Shown in pieces: positions 16,500 to 23,059 of a DNA stretch of 42,161 bases. The position numbers and the translations under genes are program-made. The stretch comes from a virus (lineage: Duplodnaviria; Caudoviricetes). The notes below the pieces were generated by a model. That model made no database searches, was not told the origin of the DNA, and saw only the letters and a list, made by a program, of their open reading frames with translations. Numbering within the stretch: position 1 is the first letter of the stretch; the number at the start of each line of letters is the position of its first letter. The stretch lies in IMG/VR virus record IMGVR_UViG_3300031965_000066, positions 1-42,161 of that record, one strand, 5' to 3'.

Positions 16500-16783
16500 T
16501 TTTTTCTCCGTGCTTTTAAGTGTTTTTTTGCCATAGCCAAAACGCGCTCTTCTGCGGCATAAATAAATCGGTGTTCTTGAATATTGGTACAACGAAAACC
16601 TTTTGACCGTAAAATTGTCACCCATAAGTGCATAAGTTCGTGAAAGATTGTTGCAGAATATTCCGCCACTGTATTATTTTTCTTGAGGGATATTGTTATT
16701 AAGGTGTTGTTTTGTCCGCGATATACGAAGTTTCCAAAAGCTTTATTGCGACATTGTTTAACTTCCTTGATTTCAATAAACAT
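16496..16783 (-). CDS. Small HExxH zinc metallopeptidase-like protein
   Basis: TIFHELMH plus downstream EH; start ATG 16783 after AGGGG. Confidence 0.7.
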   Translation of the reverse strand: MFIEIKEVKQCRNKAFGNFVYRGQNNTLITISLKKNNTVAEYSATIFHELMHLWVTILRSKGFRCTNIQEHRFIYAAEERVLAMAKKHLKARRKK

Positions 16784-16793
16784 AATTTCCCCC

Positions 16794-16964
16794 TTAGAAT
16801 ATAATTTCATCAATTTTTTCTGTGATTTTTGTATTATTAATGTAGTCTAAAAGTAATTTTATTATTAGGTTTTCAATATAACTGTCATAATACTCTTGAA
16901 ATTCTTTAGCTTCTGCGCATAACCGTATTCTTTCTAGTTGCGATAAAAGAGATTCGAGGTTCAT
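16794..16964 (-). CDS. Hypothetical protein (56 aa)
   Basis: Hand-translated MNLESLLSQLERIRLCAEAKEF...; AGGAG RBS. Confidence 0.6.
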   Translation of the reverse strand: MNLESLLSQLERIRLCAEAKEFQEYYDSYIENLIIKLLLDYINNTKITEKIDEIIF

Positions 16965-16965
16965 A

Positions 16966-17178
16966 TTATTCTCCTTTTTGTTTTTTCACGATGTTTACAA
17001 CTGCGACAAATTTCCATGCTTCCATCAATCGACTAATACGCCAAATAACTTTTGCAAGTTTAGATTGCGGTTCAAATGGGCGATGTTTTTTCATTTGACA
17101 ATAAATATTGACCAATAGATCATATTGTTTTTTATAAGAATTATATAGTTCTAAGGCCGTTTGGTTTTTTTCGACCAT
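16966..17178 (-). CDS. Hypothetical protein
   Basis: GGAGG RBS before ATG 17178. Confidence 0.6.
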   Translation of the reverse strand: MVEKNQTALELYNSYKKQYDLLVNIYCQMKKHRPFEPQSKLAKVIWRISRLMEAWKFVAVVNIVKKQKGE

Positions 17179-17311
17179 ACTTTTGCCTCCGATGAAATTT
17201 ACATACGAGATAATCCATATTCCGAATCGTGCGTAGCCATAAAATTTCAGTTTTCTTTGACGCATTGTCGTGGTGTTGATATATACATAAGTTACATCGT
17301 AGACGCATCAT
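17141..17311 (-). CDS. Small Zn-finger-like protein
   Basis: CNLC...CKFH; AGGAG RBS. Confidence 0.55.
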   Translation of the reverse strand: MMRLRCNLCIYQHHDNASKKTEILWLRTIRNMDYLVCKFHRRQKYGRKKPNGLRTI

Positions 17312-17480
17312 CAAGTCTCCTTTTTGATTCGAGGGAAATTTCATTTTCGAGGAAATTGTAAACGGCGCATAATGCGTCGATGTGTTCCTCATGAAATTCA
17401 TTAAGCAAATAACCATTTTTATGAATACGCACGATATAACCGTTTGTCACTTCATCAATTATCATAGTTAACATTTTCAT
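17292..17480 (-). CDS. Hypothetical protein
   Basis: I-x-x-V-x-NGYIV pattern typical of small phage proteins. Confidence 0.6.
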   Translation of the reverse strand: MKMLTMIIDEVTNGYIVRIHKNGYLLNEFHEEHIDALCAVYNFLENEISLESKRRLDDASTM

Positions 17481-17607
17481 TTCCTTTTGGTTCATCGAAA
17501 AAACTTATAATTTCGGTACCGCAAAACGGACAACGATCATGAGATTTATTGTCAATCGCGGACCAAGTACAATTTGGATTTATACAATCATGCTCCATGC
17601 AAGCCAT
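17455..17607 (-). CDS. Zn-ribbon micro-protein (50 aa)
   Basis: Hand-translated MACMEHDCINPNC...RCPFCGTE. Confidence 0.6.
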   Translation of the reverse strand: MACMEHDCINPNCTWSAIDNKSHDRCPFCGTEIISFFDEPKGNENVNYDN

Positions 17608-17608
17608 G

Positions 17609-17974
17609 TTATTTTTTCTTCTTTACAAACTTTCGTATACGTTTGGCTTGGTTACGTGCAGTATATAAAGTATCGGGTACAAATAAAAAATATGCCTCGC
17701 GGCAAGTTAACCCAAAAAAAGCTCGAATTGAGGAGAAAACCGTGGTATAATCACGAAAAATGGGTTGGGGCTGTAAAATCTTATTTCGCCGGAATATCCA
17801 TAATCTAGGAAAAACAATCGGGCACTCTCCTATAGCGCAACCCGCCGTTCCGCAACCATTTTTATCAAAAGTACCGGCGTTCCAAACACGCATATTAAAG
17901 ATTTTATGGCCTAATTTACCTTGTTCTAAATGCTTAGCTAATTTTAAAAGTCTATTTTTATGTAATTTTTTCAT
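17609..17974 (-). CDS. CGTAGCAIG-motif protein, paralog B
   Basis: Paralog of 1197..1568. Confidence 0.85.
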   Translation of the reverse strand: MKKLHKNRLLKLAKHLEQGKLGHKIFNMRVWNAGTFDKNGCGTAGCAIGECPIVFPRLWIFRRNKILQPQPIFRDYTTVFSSIRAFFGLTCREAYFLFVPDTLYTARNQAKRIRKFVKKKK

Positions 17975-18028
17975 AATTATTTAAGCTCCCTTTGCTTTTA
18001 TTAAAGCATACTATACCTTCGATATTTT

Positions 18029-18214
18029 TCAATTTGAAACTATTTTCCGTCCACCTTGACGCGCATGAATGTGGCTCCCTTCACCAAGCTTTTTAGGACA
18101 AATGCACTTACCTTTAAGAACCGATGTGTCATCATTCGCGTCTGAACAATCTTCTGTATGATGTTTTTTCTTTAGTTCAATTGCATCGTAAATTTGTTGT
18201 TTGATCGTTTTCAT
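18029..18214 (-). CDS. Small Cys/His protein
   Basis: HHTEDC...CIC; first gene after promoter P3. Confidence 0.6.
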   Translation of the reverse strand: MKTIKQQIYDAIELKKKHHTEDCSDANDDTSVLKGKCICPKKLGEGSHIHARQGGRKIVSN

Positions 18215-18465
18215 TTTATACCTTCCTTTTTCTTCCTGGTTAAAGTATACCAGGACTTTTGTATTTTGTCAAGGCTTTTTTTGATAAGACAAATATCCCA
18301 CGGGTCGGTATAGTCTATAGCATAAACGTCAAGGGAATCACTTGCGCCCGTTAAAACATAAAATCCGTGGTCATTTAAATAGAGGCGTAAAGCGTCGCGT
18401 TGTTTTTCGCTTCGCCATAAAGATTTTTGATCGTCGCTCCATAACGTTCTAATGTAAATTTTCAT
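18211..18465 (-). CDS. Early hypothetical protein
   Basis: ORF track; overlaps neighbours in operon fashion. Confidence 0.6.
   Translation of the reverse strand: MKIYIRTLWSDDQKSLWRSEKQRDALRLYLNDHGFYVLTGASDSLDVYAIDYTDPWDICLIKKSLDKIQKSWYTLTRKKKEGIK
18244..18272 (-). promoter_or_regulatory. sigma70-type promoter P3
   Basis: TTGACA-17 bp-TATACT on the - strand. Confidence 0.8.
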
Positions 18466-18805
18466 CTGTTATATAACCTACTATAGGTCCAATTGTTATA
18501 GGGTGAATGTTGAAGTAAATCGACAATTCCTTTAATGTAGCGTCTACTGGTACGATATCAAAATAAATTAATGTTATTAAATCGTTCGTATTATCTTGAT
18601 AGGATTTTGTTTTAAGCTTATATTGAATCCACCAATTAGCTTCTTCTTTAGTGACGCCAATAACCACAATTTTATCAAGACCAACTGGTAAACTTCTTTT
18701 ATAAATGTTGAACCTTTTTATCATTGGTTCTGGTTTAAATGCGTCATATCGCGGTTTGTCTAATTGTCTTACTTTCGCTTTGAATTTGTCTATAAAAGAA
18801 GTCAT
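18449..18805 (-). CDS. Early hypothetical protein
   Basis: AGGAG RBS before ATG 18805. Confidence 0.7.
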   Translation of the reverse strand: MTSFIDKFKAKVRQLDKPRYDAFKPEPMIKRFNIYKRSLPVGLDKIVVIGVTKEEANWWIQYKLKTKSYQDNTNDLITLIYFDIVPVDATLKELSIYFNIHPITIGPIVGYITDENLH

Positions 18806-18815
18806 TTTATTCTCC

Positions 18816-19013
18816 TTAATTAGCCCACTTTTCAAGTGTAATTTCTTCATGAGTTTTTGGAATCTTTGAACCACGGGGATAAATTTCTAGAAGATTATCG
18901 CGCCCATTTAACCTAGTTGTGTAACCGTCTTCCTTGTAAATTCCTTCTAGACTCACCAAGTATGCAAGACGCTTATCATGTATCGTCTTAAACGGTCTTT
19001 GTGGTGTATTCAT
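18816..19013 (-). CDS. Early hypothetical protein
   Basis: GGAGG RBS before ATG 19013. Confidence 0.7.
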   Translation of the reverse strand: MNTPQRPFKTIHDKRLAYLVSLEGIYKEDGYTTRLNGRDNLLEIYPRGSKIPKTHEEITLEKWAN

Positions 19014-19185
19014 GGCGCGTACCTCCCCTAATCTCATCATAAAGCCGGCGATAATCAGCTTTGGTCCACGGTGTCGGAATCGTTACGGCGTATTTCCGCC
19101 ATTTTGCACATTCCTTAATAAAAGCTTCAAAGGATGAAACTGACAAAGCCAAGTTTTTTAATCGATTATTTACCGTGAAAGCCAT
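18988..19185 (-). CDS. Early hypothetical protein
   Basis: AGGAG RBS. Confidence 0.65.
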   Translation of the reverse strand: MAFTVNNRLKNLALSVSSFEAFIKECAKWRKYAVTIPTPWTKADYRRLYDEIRGGTRHEYTTKTV

Positions 19186-19199
19186 TTTATTTTCTCTCC

Positions 19200-19487
19200 T
19201 TATCTTCCTATAATAAAGATCGGTTCATTCCATCGATGCGTGTTCCCTCCGTATGTAACAAACCATGCGTAGTTTTTTTGATGCACATGATAACCTAAAC
19301 CAAACTGTACGCTTGCCTGATTTAACCGTGTTTTTGTGGTAGCTGTACGCCAACCGCCTGTATTTAATTCAATTCGTTCATTGCTGAATCGCACAATCTC
19401 TGTAGTGTGATATCTTACCACCGTCTCAATTCCATATCTGTTTTGGATCGTTGTCGCGTGTGTCCCTAATCTAGTTTGTTGACTCAT
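19200..19487 (-). CDS. Conserved early phage protein (YHTT...GGW-T-TTK-RLN...QK...W)
   Basis: AGGAGG RBS; first gene after P2; motif pattern recurrent in phage early regions. Confidence 0.8.
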   Translation of the reverse strand: MSQQTRLGTHATTIQNRYGIETVVRYHTTEIVRFSNERIELNTGGWRTATTKTRLNQASVQFGLGYHVHQKNYAWFVTYGGNTHRWNEPIFIIGR

Positions 19488-19511
19488 GATATGACCTCCT
19501 TTTCTGTTTTT

Positions 19512-19540
19512 AGTTTACCTGACATTTGATGTTTTGTCAA
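19512..19540 (-). promoter_or_regulatory. sigma70-type promoter P2
   Basis: TTGACA-17 bp-TAAACT on the - strand, intergenic. Confidence 0.85.
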
Positions 19541-19547
19541 GGGTTTT

Positions 19548-19802
19548 TTAAACTACTTGAAAATCAACATCTGCACTCGTAATTAATACGGCTTCCTGTT
19601 TGTTGTTTTTCTTAATCGCATTAGCTAATGCGCGTATCAACTCGCTATTTTCAGTGTAGATTTCAATTAAGAGTGCGCTTTCGGACGCGCCTTTCCAAAA
19701 CCCCTTAGTTTTTATCACCGTAAAACCATCAAAGCATAAACTAATTAATTCTTCTAAGCGTTTTGGATTTTTGTTTTCAGTATAAATTCTAAATAATTTC
19801 AT
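19548..19802 (-). CDS. Putative S-adenosylmethionine lyase (T3 gp0.3/Svi3-3/DUF3574-like)
   Basis: FDGFT...GFWKG-x-x-E-S...LA-x-x-IK...QEAVL pattern. Confidence 0.6.
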   Translation of the reverse strand: MKLFRIYTENKNPKRLEELISLCFDGFTVIKTKGFWKGASESALLIEIYTENSELIRALANAIKKNNKQEAVLITSADVDFQVV

Positions 19803-20008
19803 TTCGCGCCCCCTTTTTTATAATACGTTGGTTTTTTTGGTAAATAATACATTTGTTTTGTATCCCAATCAACTGTGAATCTACCGGTTAAATCTTGACT
19901 TAACAATTTATCAATAACACTTAACGTTAAATCATCGGTATTGAAAGAGTGCCATTTATTTGGATATTTCTTTAAAAACTCCAATAAGTCACGTTCGTAT
20001 TTAATCAT
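19799..20008 (-). CDS. Early hypothetical protein (possibly winged-helix-like)
   Basis: GAGG RBS before ATG 20008. Confidence 0.6.
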   Translation of the reverse strand: MIKYERDLLEFLKKYPNKWHSFNTDDLTLSVIDKLLSQDLTGRFTVDWDTKQMYYLPKKPTYYKKGGAK

Positions 20009-20019
20009 TTGATTATCCT

Positions 20020-20094
20020 CTATATCAAAATCCATTGGTATGATCCGTTTGGTAGCTTCACAATTCTCCATTTTCCGCGTGTTGTAGTTTTCAT
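20020..20094 (-). CDS. 24-aa early micro-protein
   Basis: MKTTTRGKWRIVKLPNGSYQWILI; GGAGG RBS; ATGA overlap. Confidence 0.5.
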   Translation of the reverse strand: MKTTTRGKWRIVKLPNGSYQWILI

Positions 20095-20234
20095 ATTTTT
20101 CCTCCTTTTTTTAGGGGTTTTTCATTTCGCACTTTGAACCATTTTCCACCTTGATAATAGTAAGGTTGAAGATAATAGACTTTTTTTTCCTTGCCCGTGG
20201 ATAATGTCGCATAAAATCCTTTTAATTTTTTCAT
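20091..20234 (-). CDS. First early protein (47 aa, basic)
   Basis: AGGAG RBS directly after P1. Confidence 0.65.
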   Translation of the reverse strand: MKKLKGFYATLSTGKEKKVYYLQPYYYQGGKWFKVRNEKPLKKGGKI

Positions 20235-20260
20235 GTTTTTTCTCCTTTTATTATATTTTA

Positions 20261-20288
20261 AGTATAGGCCGATTTTCCATTTTGTCAA
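20261..20288 (-). promoter_or_regulatory. sigma70-type promoter P1
   Basis: TTGACA-16 bp-TATACT on the - strand. Confidence 0.8.
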
Positions 20289-20523
20289 GGTTTATTTATC
20301 ATTAAAACTACTTTATAATCAATTATTTTCAAAATAATTATTCGCGCTTTGTCATCAATACCGCGTTTTTGGGTGTATATAGTAGGGTATGTTTTTGGCC
20401 TAACTCTCACGCCTTCGACCATCTTAACGTGACCAACTCCCAACCATATCGACCTTGCGAGTGCCAAGGCGAAATACGACCTCGAAAATAGGCGCAAACG
20501 CGCAATGCTCACTCTAAGCGGAA

Positions 20524-20538
20524 ATGATTAATAATCAT
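20524..20538. promoter_or_regulatory. 7-1-7 palindrome ATGATTA-A-TAATCAT (putative operator)
   Basis: Perfect inverted repeat in the divergence region upstream of terS. Confidence 0.45.
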
Positions 20539-20596
20539 ACGTTTTAGATGTTAAGCGGACCTTATAAGGGATTTTTGTATTTAAACAATTAATATT

Positions 20597-21130
20597 ATGG
20601 AAATTATTGATAATCACGTCAATTCAAAATCAAACCAACTTGAACAAAATCAACCAATAGAATCAAATGATAATCAAGCACTTCCAAACGCCCTTGATTT
20701 TTCGCGCTTAACTCATCAAAATTGGTTATTTATCAATGCTTTCCTTTCAACTGGTAATATTAAAAAAGCTTACCAATTGGCAAAATATACTGGTACTGAG
20801 AAATCCGCGCCATATCAAATATTTAAGAAATTAAAAACGTATATTGAGCAAATTGGTGATCTTGATGTTACATCACGCGCCCGTTTACAAGCGGATATTA
20901 AAAGCGTTTTAGATATTCCTTTGGAAGAAAGACAAACTCTTAAATTTAAGGAATGGTTGGAAATTCGCAAGTTTACGGCAAAGATTTCCCCCGAAGCAAC
21001 GCAACCTAAGCAAAGGATAAGTGTTTTAGTTATAAATAGGTTGGCGGAAAAGGGGACAAGGGATGTGGCGGAATCTAGTATTTCCCCATTAGACCCCACT
21101 AAAATCATCGACACCGACCCTCTACCTTAA
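20597..21130 (+). CDS. terS: Terminase small subunit
   Basis: LT-x-Q-x-x-F-x-x-x-F-x-x-x-GN-x-x-x-AY-x-x-A-x-Y HTH; upstream of TerL. Confidence 0.75.
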   Translation: MEIIDNHVNSKSNQLEQNQPIESNDNQALPNALDFSRLTHQNWLFINAFLSTGNIKKAYQLAKYTGTEKSAPYQIFKKLKTYIEQIGDLDVTSRARLQADIKSVLDIPLEERQTLKFKEWLEIRKFTAKISPEATQPKQRISVLVINRLAEKGTRDVAESSISPLDPTKIIDTDPLP

Positions 21131-21153
21131 ACTCAATGAAGCTGTTGACTTTA

Positions 21154-21198
21154 ATTCAACGGTTGAATGAGTACCCAGGGGTGCGGGACGGGGGCGGG
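21154..21198 (+). other. 7-1-7 palindrome followed by a potential G-quadruplex
   Basis: ATTCAAC-G-GTTGAAT (21154-21168); GGGG-TGC-GGG-AC-GGGGG-C-GGG (21178-21198). Confidence 0.6.
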
Positions 21199-21282
21199 TG
21201 ACTGGATTGGTTATGGCCTGCTAGTATGCCCCTACAGATTCACCCTACGGGAGGGGTCTACGAAGAAAAAAGGAGTTTTGAA

Positions 21283-21411
21283 ATGCCATATGATTTTTAC
21301 AAAAAAAAGAAAAAAACGTCCTACCAAGAAAATCAAGCAAAAAACCGACGGGCAAGCTTCCGCACAAAAACAGCCAAACCAGTCAGGCGCGGTCCGCGTC
21401 GTTCGATTTAA
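21283..21411 (+). CDS. Very basic 42-aa protein
   Basis: AGGAG RBS; MPYDFYKKKKK...RRGPRRSI. Confidence 0.55.
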   Translation: MPYDFYKKKKKTSYQENQAKNRRASFRTKTAKPVRRGPRRSI

Positions 21412-21549
21412 ACGGGGCGTGCCAGATCATATTCGGTCCTGTGCGTTTTTTAAAGATTGCGCGGCGTGTAGCGCACAACTTTAATTTAGTTTATTTCTAT
21501 GCAGATTTGGATACTGTGGGGAGACAAATTCGTACAAAATTAAACTAAA

Positions 21550-21729
21550 ATGAACCAAGAAAATATAACAAATTGTCAACATCCAACTGTTTATAATCGT
21601 TTAAAAAGATATGAATTAGATTGTAGGTATTGTCTACCTAACCGATTTGAGAATAAGAGGCCTCGTAAAAAATATGGCGTTCGTAAACCGCGAATAAAAC
21701 AACGCAATCGGCAGACATTATGGAAGTAA
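21550..21729 (+). CDS. Basic Cys-containing protein (59 aa)
   Basis: Hand-translated ...VYNR...CRYCLPNRFEN...WK; overlaps the TerL start. Confidence 0.55.
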   Translation: MNQENITNCQHPTVYNRLKRYELDCRYCLPNRFENKRPRKKYGVRKPRIKQRNRQTLWK

Positions 21730-23054
21730 ATCTTCATCCTGCACAAGACAGAATTTTTGAATCATCCGCGCGATTTATCGGCGCAATAGCCGGAATTCGC
21801 GGAGGCAAGACATTCGTCGGCGGCCTTTGGTTGCTCGACCAGATTCAGACTGATTACCAAAAGGGTCAATATGGCGATTATTTAATATGCGCCCCGACCA
21901 ACCCGACACTCGAACAGTCCACCTTGCCAAAATTTAAAGAGTTTTTTCCGAAAGACTGGGGAGAATGGAAAGAACAAAAGAAGTATTTTCAATTAGCTTG
22001 GAATCATCTGGAGACAGACGAACCTTGTAAGATTTTCGTCCGGTCAATGGACGACCCGGATTCTGTTGAGGGTATGACCGTTCGCGCCGCATGGGTGGAC
22101 GAGTGTGGTAAAATTAAAGCTGAAGGTTGGACGAATATTCAGGGGCGTCTTTCAGTAGATAAAGGGCGATGTATTTTAACCTCGACGCCATATGCTGTTA
22201 ATTGGTTTCAAAAAGAAATTTTAAATAAAGCCGGGGCCGTTTACAACTTTGACGACGAAGGCAAATGTGAAGTGCGCCACTATCCTGAACGCGGAAATAC
22301 GATTGAAGTAGTTACTTGGTCATCTATTGGTAATCCAAAGTTTCCAAAAGATGAATACGAGAGGATGAAAAAAGAATTGCCAAAGGCAATCTTTGATCGA
22401 CGATACCGTGGGATGTTTACTAGACTGGAAGGATTGGTTTACCCGGAATTCGATGAAGACATTCATTTGGTTGATCCGTTTTCTATTCCTGATAAGTGGC
22501 TTCGTTTTGGTGGGCTTGACTTCGGTAAGTCTAATCCTAATGCGGTTTTATGTATTGCGCTTGATCCCGAATCAAAAATTTTTTATGTATACAGAGAATT
22601 TTATGCGGCAGAGACTCTTTTAAAAACCATTTCAATGTTTTTACAAAGCGAAGCTCTCGCTTACGTCTTGGCGGATACACAAGCTGCGCAACTCATTTTA
22701 GAACTCAACCAATTTTACGGAAACCGCAATGTTAAACCGGCGGATAAAACGAAAGATACCGGAATTGTGAGGATACGCGGATTGTTACAGGAAGGGCGAC
22801 TTAAGTTTTTTAAACATAAAACGACCCATACGATTGATGAAATTTTGTCATATCATTATCAAACACCTGATGCCAATGGTTTCAACAACGATAAAACAGT
22901 AGATAAAAATAACCATTGTATGGACGCTTTACGTTATGCGTTTTCTAGACCAATGACAGGTTTATATTTGAATCATACTGGCGCAACGCGCGGGAAGAAA
23001 CATAAACGAATGAGTAACCGCGTTGAGGTTCTGGACTCTCACACTGGATATTAA
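21720..23054 (+). CDS. terL: Terminase large subunit
   Basis: LHPAQ, Walker A AGIRGGKT, Walker B AAWVDE, LTSTP, nuclease GGLDFG and NHCMDALRY. Confidence 0.96.
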   Translation: MEVNLHPAQDRIFESSARFIGAIAGIRGGKTFVGGLWLLDQIQTDYQKGQYGDYLICAPTNPTLEQSTLPKFKEFFPKDWGEWKEQKKYFQLAWNHLETDEPCKIFVRSMDDPDSVEGMTVRAAWVDECGKIKAEGWTNIQGRLSVDKGRCILTSTPYAVNWFQKEILNKAGAVYNFDDEGKCEVRHYPERGNTIEVVTWSSIGNPKFPKDEYERMKKELPKAIFDRRYRGMFTRLEGLVYPEFDEDIHLVDPFSIPDKWLRFGGLDFGKSNPNAVLCIALDPESKIFYVYREFYAAETLLKTISMFLQSEALAYVLADTQAAQLILELNQFYGNRNVKPADKTKDTGIVRIRGLLQEGRLKFFKHKTTHTIDEILSYHYQTPDANGFNNDKTVDKNNHCMDALRYAFSRPMTGLYLNHTGATRGKKHKRMSNRVEVLDSHTGY

Positions 23055-23059
23055 AATTT

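Noticed and set aside
1197-17974. Diversity-generating retroelement TR/VR pair
   Set aside because: No reverse transcriptase; differences are spread over synonymous sites and are not adenine-specific
20416-20481. Repeated GACC as iterons or T7-type primase sites
   Set aside because: Only 4-5 nt, irregular spacing, and the primase is Prim-Pol type
20285-20512. 75-aa ORF in the divergence region
   Set aside because: No RBS, lies upstream of P1; likely non-coding control DNA
21244-21254. CCTACGGGAGG match to a conserved 16S rRNA segment
   Set aside because: Only 11 nt with no flanking rRNA similarity; explained by a UNCG hairpin or chance
21167-21484. 105-aa + strand ORF across the G-rich tract
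   Set aside because: No RBS; the 21283 frame has a clear AGGAG and is preferred
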